Of a stretch of DNA of 64,000 nucleotides, positions 51,909-64,000 are shown piece by piece (positions within the stretch are counted from its first letter, which is position 1; every line of letters begins with the position of its first letter). This DNA comes from Eledone cirrhosa. Taxonomy: Eukaryota. The notes beneath the pieces are model-generated. The model was not told the origin of the DNA. It was given only the letters and a program-made list of their open reading frames with translations, and searched no databases. The position numbers and the translations under genes are program-made. The DNA is taken from the NCBI GenBank assembly GCA_964016885.1, contig OZ024740.1, positions 311,736,001 to 311,800,000 of the forward strand, written 5' to 3'.

Positions 51909-52008
<100 letters not shown>

Positions 52009-53270
52009 GGAGAGAGAGAAGGAGAGAGGGAGAGAAAGAGAGTTAGGCAGTGTCACGAGACTATTCAAATAGAATAATAATTCACTTTCTAGAAGATATA
52101 TATTGACGTCTTAATGTTATTTTATAAATGAAGGCAGATATACTCAATCGCAAGACAACGTTTAGCTGTCTGTTTATTTCTCTTTTTTTCTATACATGAA
52201 AATTACAACAAATGTCAATATTTAATGCATTCATTTAAGTTTCGCAATAATACTATATCCTTCTTACATAGGATTACTATATCCTTCTTACAGAGTCTGT
52301 ATTTAGCTTTAAAAATCAATATTGCTTTTGTTTTTTTAGATCAACAATGTGTTTAATATTATACAGTTTTCATAATTAATCAAATAATAAAATATTCTTC
52401 CTGTTCACTATATTGTTTACAAAGCCACCCGCTCTACCTCCATGGGGAAAAATCTGTTTACGTTTCTTTTGGCAAAATGGGGGATCTGTTAAAGTGTTTT
52501 AGGAGCATTTCCATACGTTTTATCGTAGTTTCTGATTCTATAATATTCTTCGGTTCGTTTACCTTTTTGGTTTCCAGCTAAATTGGTTTTTCAATCTAAA
52601 ACTATCCCTAGCAGGATCAAACAGCAAATAATCAAGCTTAATTAATTTGTAGTGATATCTCATTTTTAAAGTCAGTTATTCTCAAGAAAATACAGTAGAT
52701 TGGCTAAATTGTTAGAGACGTCGGACAAAATACCTTTCGATTTTTGTTCTTGATCTTTACGTTTTGTGATAAAATGCCATAGAGGTCAACTTTACCTTTC
52801 ATCCTTCTGTGGGCGATTAAACAAAAACCCCACACGATACCGGGGAGATCGTCAAGATTGATGTTTATTTTGAACTTGTCGGTTAACGTTTACAGGAAAA
52901 GCGTGGGTGAGAAGTAAATTCCGCCGGACCACTGCCTGTAAAAGAAGGATTGGGAAAAGTGTTTAGTGCCGCGCCTGAGAAGTAGGACATAGTCGGGTGG
53001 ACGAGAGAAAGAAAGCGACATGTAGGCTGTGTTGGTCGATCATGCATTCATATACCTTAGAACTGTGATAAATTGCCAAATAGGCGCCATACTGCATTTA
53101 GTTTGTTATCAGTTTTTGCGGGTTTTTTTAAAGTCTGAAACGTACGTACAATTTGTTTATTTTCTCTGTGCCTGCAACATAAATACCATTTGGCGTATAT
53201 ATACTCTAATATGATAACTCTAAATATGGCATTCTATATCTTCATGTTTATATATGTGAATATGGAAATA

Positions 53271-53306
<36 letters not shown>

Positions 53307-54382
53307 ACAGGAAGAAGAAGAAGAAGAAGAAGAAGAAGAAGAAGAAGAAGAAGAAGAAGAAGAAGAAGAAGAAGAAGAAGAAGAAGAAGAAATGCGGTAG
53401 ATCTTAATTTGGTCTTTGGACAACACTATCATTTTGGTTTTTGATACCTATAGCGGAACCCACTCTGTTCCGAGCAATTGGATCAGATCTCCCGGTTTCC
53501 TCTCTAAAAAATTGAACTTCAAATGTTCAGACAGAGCACCAGATAAATCAATTTCACATGAAGACATCATGAGCATTGTCTCTTCTTCCATGGTTAACGT
53601 ATTGTATCGGACTCTGACTCGCGCTGGCGGAGAGAACAGAAACTTATTTTCTCCTTACAAACGTTTCTTCCCCCTAACCTTAATGGGCCACCCATCTTCC
53701 TTTAGTCTGCTCTATCATATACTCTCTACCACACACTAAACATACTTCCTTATCCTATGACACATACTCGTTAATACTTACACGCTTACATACAAATCAC
53801 AGTTAGATACTTTACGCGTTCACAATATAAACTTCAACATACACACGTTAAAATTTAATCATGCACTCACACATATAAAACTACACTTCATACGGACATA
53901 CGCTAACGCTGCCAGATACTTTACACACACACAAAATAAAATAATTTCAACACACATATACAGTTCACATATTCAAATTTACATTCACGCACACATACAA
54001 GTTCACTACGACTATCACACAGATATACGTATACACTCACTATCTTTGATACTTTACACAATATACCTCAAAACCAAACACGTATAAACATACACTTACA
54101 CTCACACATAATATCGACACTAATACACACATACACCCCACTTTGCGTTCCACCTCGTTACCAAGACTACCTAACGGTTTGTCTTTTTTACACGCTTCAT
54201 TTTCGTTTTTTATTCTTTCTTCGATCTCCTTTATTTGTGTTTCTCCTTTGTGATCCTGTCTTTATTTTGTAATCCTCAAGGAGTTAAGCCCAACACGTCA
54301 ACCTTTCCCTCCTCTTTTCTACTTTTCTATATAAAGTGTGAAGCTAATAAAACCCTTTGTACCTCTGTTTCTGGTCTCCTTG

Positions 54383-54460
<78 letters not shown>

Positions 54461-55120
54461 ATGTATATGTGTGTATGTGTGTGTGTGTATACAATACTGA
54501 AACGAAACCATCGGATATAACTGAAAAATCTTCGATCGCCTTGCTACCCATTCGATGTTTTAATTAAGCTAGCATCGTTAAGATTCCAAACCAAAAGAAA
54601 ACCGAGTGCACACTAAAATGTTAAATAGTGAGAAGGACGATTTCGTGTGGGTAGAGAATTAGATTCCCTCATCCCAGACTAATTAATTAGTTTCCACTGC
54701 ACCATCTGCTGGCGACAGTCCATATGAGGTTCATATGGCGTTCACAGAACATTAGGTAATGCTATTAAGACTTACATAATTCTGGCTAAGACCAGCTTAA
54801 TCAGCGAGGAAAATTAGCCTCCCTCGGAACAAATTGGTTCCTGCCTGACTTAGTATAAGATCGCCATTACAGTAGTAATCATCACTCTTAGAGTCATGTG
54901 ACAGTGATGCGAAGGTATCATGCAGCCCCCGCTGCAACCTATTTGTTGTGGTATAAGTATCGCCACGGCCTTCGGTCGTTTTACTCGGTGTCACACTTTT
55001 GTGTTTACTCTGGACCATAATGTATTAACTTCTCGCTCCATTGAGTGGTTTGTGATTGCCTCAAACAATTCGATTACTGCCTGCTATATTGCGGCTACAA
55101 CTTTGATTCTTACCGAATAT

Positions 55121-55440
<320 letters not shown>

Positions 55441-55461
55441 CATATATGTATATATATATAT

Positions 55462-55721
55462 ACTATTTCCAGTCAGCATGGCTTCATTAGAGATTTAAAG
55501 ACGCTGGTCTGAGACCTTTACTTCCCTCCGAAGAAGAGATATTATCTCGAAAATTAAGGACATTTAAATAAATTCAAGGTGAAAGACGAATTCACATCAA
55601 TATCTTTCACTATTGCATTCTTTTTTCTATGTCCATACCTGCATTGTCTTGGCCTTATTACACATATTCTAACGTTTATACCTCATTACACAATGCTTCA
55701 AGTGAACTATAACCTCCTCCC

Positions 55722-55722
<1 letters not shown>
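55462..55722 (+). mobile_element. Solo 3' end of the PLE family seen at 42134-43702
   Basis: Near-identical to 43490-43702 plus the tail seen at 42134; same HHR-like motif at ~55525-55559; (TA)n flanks. Confidence 0.85.
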
Positions 55723-55756
<34 letters not shown>

Positions 55757-56991
55757 TAAGAGAGTATTGAAGTTTGCTTGAAGCATTGTGGAATAATAAA
55801 TAAATATCTTTAAGTCGTTTGGAAGCCTCGACAATGCAAATGGGTAAATCTCCGGGTAACAAGATCCGGTGGTGGAGAGAGAGATGTAAGTGGGTGTACG
55901 TTGAGATGCGTGGTGTGTAAAGATGTGTAAATGTGTAGAAGAAAGAAGGGAAGAGTATAAAGGATAAAATAAAAATAACAACACAAGAGAGAGTTACCTT
56001 GGGAGAGATTTAATAGTCCCTATATATTTCGGATTCACATCCATCAACTGGGCTTTTTTTCCGGGGTAAAGATTGTCTGTCGGACAGGTGCGAAACGCGT
56101 CCTCCGCTGTTTGTTGTTTTGAATATCTGAGGTATTCAGCAGAGCGCGCGTGCGCGTGAAATGGGGTCGGTCGGGCAGAGGTCAGCGGCCGAGTGAGGGA
56201 GTGGGGTGGCGCTAGCTGTCAGTCCATTCTCTGCCTGTTTGTTAAATGTTACTGTGTGTGTGTGCGTGTGTTGTTGTCTCGCTTGAGTGTGTGTGTGTGT
56301 GTGCGTGTGTAGTGGCCTTGTTCCTCTGTATTGGCAGTGTAGTATGTTCGTATGGTGGAAAGCTACTGTGTGTGTGTGTGTGTAGTTGTCTCGTTTGTGT
56401 GTGCGTGTGTTGTGTGTTGCTACAAACGAGACAACTACACACACACACACAGTAGCATTCCACCATACGAACATACTACACTGCCAATACAGAGGAACAA
56501 GGCCACTACACACGCACACTCAAGCGAGACAACAACACACGCACACACACACACAGTAACATTTAACAAACAGGCAGAGAATGGACTGACAGCTAGCGCC
56601 ACCCCACTCCCTCATTCGGCCGCTGACCTCTGCCCGACCGACCCCATTTCACGTGCACGCGCGCTCTGCCGAATACCTCAGATATTCAAAACAACAAACA
56701 GCGGAGGACGCGTTTCGCACCTGTCCGACAGACAACCTTTACCCCGGAAAAAAACACCCAGTTGATGGATGTGAATCCGAAATATATAGGGACTATTAAA
56801 TCTCTCCCAAGGTTGTGTTGTTATTTTTATTTTATCCTTTATACTCTTCCCTTCTTTCTTCTACACATTTACACATCTTTACACACCACGCATCTCAACG
56901 TACACCCACTTACATCTCTCTCTCCACCACCGGATCTTGTTACCCGGAGATTTACCCATTTGTATTGTCGAGGCTTCCAAACGACTTAAAG

Positions 56992-56995
<4 letters not shown>
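55757..56995. mobile_element. ORF-less fold-back element (~590-bp arms, ~23-nt loop)
   Basis: 55804-56398 is a reverse complement of 56422-56995. Tail motif CACAATGCTTCAAG is shared with the 42-kb PLE. Degenerate HHR cc CAGTTGA tggat gtga atcc GAAA tata TA gg. Confidence 0.85.
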
Positions 56996-57022
<27 letters not shown>

Positions 57023-57057
57023 TATATATACACACACACACACACACACGCACACAC

Positions 57058-57094
<37 letters not shown>

Positions 57095-57122
57095 TATGTG
57101 TATATATATATATATATGAATG

Positions 57123-57162
<40 letters not shown>

Positions 57163-57579
57163 TATTATTAAGTGTAATGAATTCTTTTACAATGGAATTA
57201 GCTCGAAGGAATAAATATTTCTGAGCCGTGTATAAATTAATATATATGATGAAACACAAATACCGACACATCTGTATTTATATTGCAAAAGAAAATTTAA
57301 CCAGAATGAAGTATACTAATTATAATATTACAGTTTGTCCATATCGATTTAAAATAATAAATCAACAAAGACGAACTGCATTGCCAAATGGCAATGCAGT
57401 TCGTCTTTGTTTGTATATATATACAAATTTGAGTATGGGTTGGTTGCTTACCGGCACTTCAGTACGCAGGTTAGCACACTCTACGAAGTGCGCAGGTGAG
57501 TGTGTTTACTCTGGAGTAATTTAAAAACAAGAAGTGTAAGTCAATAGGTTAAAATTAACTTCATTTATTCATATTCGCT

Positions 57580-57637
57580 GCTATATATATATTTCGGTGA
57601 TAACCATTATTCAACAGCTATGATCTCATCAGGTAGC
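57580..57637 (-). ncRNA. Hammerhead-like motif
   Basis: Minus strand: gctac CTGATGA gatcat...atcacc GAAA tatatata tagc. Stems are imperfect. Confidence 0.5.
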
Positions 57638-58231
57638 TAAAACTTGAACAGAAAAAATAGGAAAACATAATGATGGAACAAAGTTTACCTTGTTAATTCG
57701 TTGATATGCCCAGATCCGAAGAGTGATGTTGTTTTCCCAATGAACTGGTGGCATATATAAGGATAACATTAAGAAAAATGCTGATGTTACATAAATCGTT
57801 TATTCATTATAATTATTTCAACGGTTCCCTTATGTAATCCATGATGTAACATGCATTTGTTGTTGTTATGGGAACGGAATTTTCAGATAAAAATCTGATT
57901 TTGTGATATGCCGTAGGCAAAAAAAAACGCGTCGTTCTTCTCGTGTGCCTGGCCATATGGACTGCTTACTCCTGTTTTTACACCACCTTCAGCCCTCCCC
58001 GCTCAGACCCCCCGTCTCCCTCTCCCCTCCCCTCTCCACTCCCTCCACCCACCACTACCCCTACACGCCTCACACCCTTTCACCACTTGTTTCTTTTTAT
58101 TTAAAAAAAATTTTTTACTCTCTAAAAAAATGTTTCCTCCCCTTTCTCCCTCCTCCAATTTTAAAAATCATTTTTTAAATGTCTTTCCACCACTCCCCCA
58201 CACACCCTCGAAACTCTCTTCCTACCCACTT

Positions 58232-58264
58232 TTCTCCTGATGAAGGGTTTATGCCCGAAACGTC
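58232..58264 (+). ncRNA. Truncated hammerhead motif
   Basis: CTGATGA agggt ttat gccc GAAA cg TC; the 3' strand of stem I is missing. Confidence 0.5.
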
Positions 58265-58424
58265 TCCGCACCCCCACTCTCAAGCGTGAAACTAATAATA
58301 ATTGTTTCTACTTTCGGCACAAGACCAGCAATTACCCAGTGTATTACTGGTACTTTATTTTATCGACCCCGTAAGGAAGAAAGGATTTGAACTCAGATCG
58401 TAAAGGGACGTAACTATGCTGGAA

Positions 58425-59040
58425 AGCATGGCGTCCGACCCTCTACCGATACTGCCACTCCACGTCCTAGCATGGCGTCCGACCCTCTACCGATACTGCC
58501 ACTCCACGCCCTAGCATGGCGTACGACCCTCTACCGATACTGCCACTCCACGTCCTAGCATGGCGTCCGACCCTCTACCGATACTGCCACTCCACACCCT
58601 AGCATGGCGTCCGATCCTCTACCGATACTGCCACTCCACGTCCTAGCATGGCGTCCGACCCTCTACCGATACTGCCACTCCACGTCCTAGCATGGCGTAC
58701 GACCCTCTACCGATACTGCCACTCCACGCCCTAGCATGGCGTCCGACCCTCTACCGATACTGCCACTCCACGCCCTAGCATGGCGTCCGACCCTCTACCG
58801 ATACTGCCACTCCACGCCCTAGCATGGCGTACGACCCTCTACCGATACTGCCACTCCACGCCCTAGCATGGCGTCCGACCCTCTACCGATACTGCCACTC
58901 CACGCCCTAGCATGGCGTCCGACCCTCTACCGATACTGCCACTCCACGCCCTAGCATGGCGTCCGACCCTCTACCGATACTGCCACTCCACGCCCTAGCA
59001 TGGCGTACGACCCTCTTCCGATACTGCCAATCCACCGCCC
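58425..59040 (-). repeat. 44-bp tandem array (~14 units) formed from the SINE 5' head
   Basis: Unit AGCATGGCGTCCGACCCTCTACCGATACTGCCACTCCACGCCCT, contiguous with the SINE body at 58297-58424. Confidence 0.95.
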
Positions 59041-59327
59041 AATCCAATAATAATAACATTCGTACTGCCTCTTCGTTTTTCTGTTTTTTCTGTTTACTTT
59101 AAAAAAAGAAAAAATATATATATATATGTATGTGTGTGTGTGTGAGTGTATGTGAGAGTGTGTGTGAGTGTATGTGAGAGTGTATGCGTGTGTGAGTGTA
59201 TGTGTGGGTGAGTGTATGTGAGAGTGTATGTGAGTGTGAGTGTATGTGTGTGTGAGTGTATGTGAGAGTGTATGTGTGTGTGAGTGGTTGTGTGATAATT
59301 TTTATTTCCATTTGGATTAAAACAATA

Positions 59328-60171
59328 GATCGTAAAGGGACGTAACTATGCTGGAAAGCCTGGCGTCCGACCCTCTACCGATACTGCCACTCCACGTCCT
59401 AGCATGGCGTACGACCCTCTACCGATACTGCCACTCCACGCCCTAGCATGGCGTCCGATCCTCTACCGATACTGCCACTCCACGTCCTAGCATGGCGTCC
59501 GACCCTCTACCGATACTGCCACTCCACGTCCTAGCATGGCGTACGACCCTCTACCGATACTGCCACTCCACGCCCTAGCATGGCGTCCGACCCTCTACCG
59601 ATATTGCCACTCCACGCCCTAGCATGGCGTCCGACCCTCTACCGATACTGCCACTCCACGCCCTAGCATGGCGTACGACCCTCTACCGATACTGCCACTC
59701 CACGCCCTAGCATGGCGTCCGACCCTCTACCGATACTGCCACTCCACGCCCTAGCATGGCGTCCGACCCTCTACCGATACTGCCACTCCACGCCCTAGCA
59801 TGGCGTCCGACCCTCTACCGATACTGCCACTCCACGCCCTAGCATGGCGTACGACCCTCTTCCGATACTGCCAATCCACCGCCCAATCCAATAATAATAA
59901 CATTCGTACTGCCTCTTCGTTTTTCTATTTTTTCTGTTTACTTTAAAAAAAGAAAAAATATATATATATATGTATGTGTGTGTGTGTGAGTGTATGTGAG
60001 AGTGTGTGTGAGTGTATGTGAGAGTGTATGCGTGTGTGAGTGTATGTGTGGGTGAGTGTATGTGAGAGTGTATGTGAGTGTGAGTGTATGTGTGTGTGAG
60101 TGTATGTGAGAGTGTATGTGTGTGTGAGTGGTTGTGTGATAATTTTTATTTCCATTTGGATTAAAACAATA
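59328..60171. repeat. Tandem duplicate of 58396-59327, with ~12 units of the 44-mer
   Basis: 932 vs 844 bp; the difference is exactly two units; AG microhomology at the junction. Confidence 0.9.
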
Positions 60172-60376
60172 GGACGTCACATTTTGTATATGAATATGTA
60201 TGTCTGTTAGTGTGTGTTTGCGCGTTCATTAGGTACGTTATTAAATATACATACACACATCTACACATACATGAATTACACAATGAATATTGTTTACCCT
60301 AAGGTGCTTCAAGATTGACAGATTTTCATTTTTAAATTATTTTATCATTATAATTTTGATATGTTATTTATAAAAT

Positions 60377-60548
60377 CCTCTGCAAAATCCTACTTCAGTG
60401 CCTCAAAAGTGGCGCAGCAGTGCCCTGGCTGTCTGATAGCTATGGTAGCGGGACTCAATGTCCTGTCAGGTTTTACCATGCTACACAGGTATCAGACTAT
60501 TGGTCCTAGAGTTGATCTTCTAGAGTTCAAAAGCTAGCCAAACTGAAG
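60377..60548 (+). ncRNA. HDV-like self-cleaving ribozyme at the RTE 5' end
   Basis: P1 cctctgc/gcagcagt (imperfect), P2 cttcagt/actgaag, P3 gcc/ggc, 8-nt L3 tcaaaagt, P4 ctggct/agctag plus gtctgata/tatcagac, J4/2 ccaa. Confidence 0.65.
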
Positions 60549-62631
60549 AGGTACCGGCCTGCCTGCCCAGCCAGTGGGATGGCGTCATCTTATGGCTAAA
60601 ACAGCACGAAGAAAGGGCCTCAGTACCCTGCGCGTCAATCGGGCCACTCCACGACGGCGGACTGCAGCCCGAGCGACGAGAGGCTGCTAAGAATCACAGG
60701 TTCCCAAAGGCCGCCATGGAACAGGACTAACCTTGCCATATGCACCTACAACTGCAGGTCTTTGGCAGGGGGTGCAAGGACTGAACCACCTAATGGACGA
60801 GAAGAAGATCAGGTGCGACGTGTTAGGGCTGTGCGAGACCCGCCAGTAGAAGGAGGCGAGTTCGCGATGGCAAGATGGATGCGCCGTGAGACTCGGGAAA
60901 GCAGAGGGTGCCAGATAGGTCGGAGGTATAGGGTTCATCGTAAACAAGTAATTGGCTTCGAAGGTCGCTTCTTGCCAGTTCATATTGTCACAGATTGGTG
61001 TACTGAACGTGAACCTCTCAGGGAAGGCCACCCTCAAGATCGTCTAGACCTACGCTCCCACAAGTGCCAGCGACGACGATGAAGTGGAAGAATTCTATCG
61101 CCAGCTAGACAAAGTGCTAGCTGTGAAGTCCACTTACACCGTCGTGATGGGAGACTTCAACGCAAAGGTCGGACAGGGACGGCAAGGGGAAGAGTATGTC
61201 GGAAGACTCAGCGTAGGAGAGCGAAATGAGAGAGGTGAGACGGCTCTACATCGGAAACAGCCTATGCAGGAAGAAGGAGTAGAAGAGATGGACCTGGGTA
61301 TCGCCAAATTCTGAGCACCGAAACGAGATCGACTACATCCTGGTCGACAAGCGACGCATACTACAGGACGTCTCCGTCATAACGCCATTCAACACTGGCA
61401 GTGATCATCGTCTGGTGAGGGTGAGGGTCGTCATCGACCGGACCAGGGAGAAGAAGGCGCTGCATTTGGCATCGAAGGGAGAACGCGTCTGGGTCTTCAA
61501 CGCGGCGCAGCTGCAGGAAGCCATCATACAGGAAAACTGGCGCCAAGGAGACGGCATAGACGCTGACTACGACTCACTGATAAGGAAACTGAAGGAGTGC
61601 TTGAGGAAGGCTAAGGGTGTGTCTCCGAGGGAGCGGAAGGGAAGAGTCTCGGAGGAAACTATGAAGTTGCTTGAGAAGAGGAAGAATATGAAGTGGACAC
61701 CTGAAGATCACCTCGAATATTCCCTTCTCAACAGAGTGATACGTCACCAACTGAAGAGAGACTTCGAGGCATACCAGATGGAGAAGCTCCTGAAGGCCGC
61801 AGAGGAAAAGAAGAACCTCAAGAAATGCGAGAGGGACATGGCAATGTACAGATCGGAGGTGACGACCCTGAAGAACACAGCTGGAGTACCGGTCAGCGAC
61901 AAGAGAGATTTGAAAAGGTTTGCGAAGACTTCTGTACCAAGCTCTTCAAGTCTGCCGGGAATGTGCAGCCGTTGCCGTCACTCCAACAGGAAGAAAATGT
62001 GCCACCCATCCTTGTCAGTGAGGTCGAAAGAACTACGATCCCTATGCCTGCTGTCTCACGTGTACAAGCTGTTCACGAAGATAATCCTGAACAGGTTATC
62101 ACGTCATCTGGACGAACAGCAACCGAGAGGGCAAGCCGGCTTCCGGAAGAACTACAGCACAATGGACCACATCTTTACTCTGACACAACTGCTTGAACGA
62201 GCGAAAGAGTACAAGATGCCTCTTTGCGTCGCGTTCGTAGACTACGAGAAGACCTTCGACAGCGTCGAAATCAACGCAGAGGCAAGGAGTCGAGGCGCAA
62301 TACGTTCAACTGCTCAAGGAGGCGAATTCCGGATGCAGAAGTCCGGCGTGAGGGACGTTATCACAGAATATATGCGCAGCAAGTTCAGATGGGCTGGACA
62401 CGTCGCCCGGTTCACCGATAATCGGTGGACCCGCGCAGTTGCCGAGTGGTACCCGCGCGAGCGGAAACGACCACTCGGAAGGCATCCACGAAGGTGGAGT
62501 TACGATTTTAGGAATATGATTGGGATTACATGGATGAGGAAAGCACGATCCAGAGAGGAATGGGCGGCGTGCTGTGACGAGCGGCGCCAAATGGACGCCC
62601 GACAGACTGGTCGGTCAAGGTGATCAAGGTG
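60377..62631 (+). mobile_element. RTE-clade LINE with both ends, internally deleted and frameshifted
   Basis: TSD ATTTATAAAAT (60366-60376 / 62632-62642). APE motifs GDFNAKVG, EIDYIL, SDHRLV. RT QAGFRKNYSTMDH, FVDYEKTFDS. C-terminal WAGHVAR..DNRW...W.PR..KR..GR..RW. Tail (TCAAGGTGA)2. Confidence 0.92.
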
Positions 62632-62644
62632 ATTTATAAAATAT

Positions 62645-62885
<241 letters not shown>

Positions 62886-62959
62886 TATATACATATATAT
62901 ATATATATTATAAAATAAAACAAGGACGAGTGGTTTCTCCTTCATTACGTTTATTGGTT

Positions 62960-63034
62960 GGTGACACACGATTCGCCACCGATCAGCTCAAGGTTCGATC
63001 TAGCCCGACTCTGTAATCAACGGCTCGTCAGACC
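62960..63034 (-). ncRNA. Hammerhead-like motif between (TA)n tracts
   Basis: Minus strand: ggt CTGACGA gcc...ggc GAAT cgtgtg TC acc, then AATAAA. Confidence 0.55.
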
Positions 63035-63114
63035 CTTTTTGGTGGTAATGACAGAATGAATATACATGGATATATATGTATATATATATATATATATATA
63101 TGTAAATACGTATA

Positions 63115-63156
<42 letters not shown>

Positions 63157-63161
63157 AATAC

Positions 63162-63216
<55 letters not shown>

Positions 63217-63255
63217 AATACGTATATATATATATATATATATATATGTAAATAC

Positions 63256-63290
<35 letters not shown>

Positions 63291-63332
63291 TTCAAAATAT
63301 TTAAAAAATAGATATTCTTGTGATCAATTATG

Positions 63333-63395
63333 TTTTATTATACACATTTCAGAGGTACTGAGTCAAGTTTAACAGTACGTCCTCATCAGATAAAA
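63333..63395 (-). ncRNA. Hammerhead ribozyme motif (probable inverted pLTR of the PLE at the window end)
   Basis: Minus strand: ttttat CTGATGA ggacgtactg...cagtacctct GAAA tgtgta TA ataaaa. Confidence 0.65.
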
Positions 63396-63769
63396 TAAAA
63401 TCATACATGGCATACCCTGACATGGTAGATGGTTAAGATTCAATCAAGGTAGTGATTAACTTATGACAAAACTCAATATTTATACCCTAATATTGAGAAC
63501 ATGAGATAACGTAATACAAACAATAGAGAGGGCGCGTATAATAGATTTTAAGAAATACATGGCATCAATATAACAGTTATAACATTTTTAATTTTTAAAA
63601 ACTACTAGAGAAAGAGGAGGGAAAAGAAAGCATAGAGGAAGAAACAGCTGATGTGATAATATATTTAGTATGTGGCTTTAGGAGACAGATGAGAGATGAT
63701 TAAAGAGAGAGAGAGACAAAGGGGAGTAATTTATGTTCAAGTTTCTATACACACAGATTTCTATATAAT

Positions 63770-64000
63770 ATAGATGTTACCCTTAACTTAAACTCTGGTT
63801 TTTATTACCCTTTCCATAAGTCCAATGAAAACTTAAATTACGTTAGTTAATACTCTAATCACCCTAAATCAGTGATAAAAGCAATTGTAAATAGCGTACA
63901 AAAACGCATAAATAGAATATCTACCAATAAATCAATATTTGATGAAAATGCAGGATGTTACAATGATGCGGTAAAAAAGGCAGGTTATAAAAATAATATA
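63770..64000 (+). pseudogene. PLE reverse transcriptase thumb fragment, running off the window
   Basis: IDVTLNLNSGFYYPFHKSNENLNYVS*YSNHPKSVIKAIVNSVQKRINRIS...YNDAVKKAGY; missed by the ORF track. Confidence 0.75.

Noticed and set aside
53416-53739. 107-aa ORF as a host gene
   Set aside because: No recognisable motif or splice context; it lies between microsatellites next to a decayed PLE-like tail.
57364-57411. 48-bp perfect hairpin as a pre-miRNA
   Set aside because: Too short, with perfect arms and a 2-nt loop; fits the local snap-back pattern instead.
58425-59880. 44-bp repeats as a CRISPR array
   Set aside because: Units are head to tail with no unique spacers, derive from a SINE head, and there are no cas genes; the DNA is eukaryotic.

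Overview
AT-rich eukaryotic DNA made almost entirely of microsatellites and mobile elements. The Meta/MESC-type tRNA SINE and the repeat landscape suggest a cephalopod (Octopus-like) genome; this is an inference. I found no convincing host protein-coding gene, and most ORF-track entries are microsatellite translations. Identifiable elements: a Tx1/L1 LINE with a deleted RT core inside a CT-rich minisatellite (15.3-20.2 kb); a near-complete Neptune-like Penelope element (PLE) with an inverted pseudo-LTR (22.6-26.4 kb); several more PLE fragments and fold-backs; a non-autonomous CsRn1-type Gypsy element nested in a Buster/Charlie hAT fossil; an internally deleted mariner; CRE, R4 and Sola-like fragments; short RTE derivatives; many SINEs; and an RTE LINE with a target-site duplication (TSD). 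The most notable signal is catalytic RNA. More than a dozen hammerhead (HHR) motifs occur, several in ORF-less, terminally redundant ~450-600 bp units inserted in (TA)n (retrozyme-like). An HDV-like ribozyme fold sits exactly at the RTE 5' end. A U_UUU_UUA -1 slippery site also appears to be the only clean entry into the PLE RT frame. All coordinates and pairings were read by eye, so ends are approximate.
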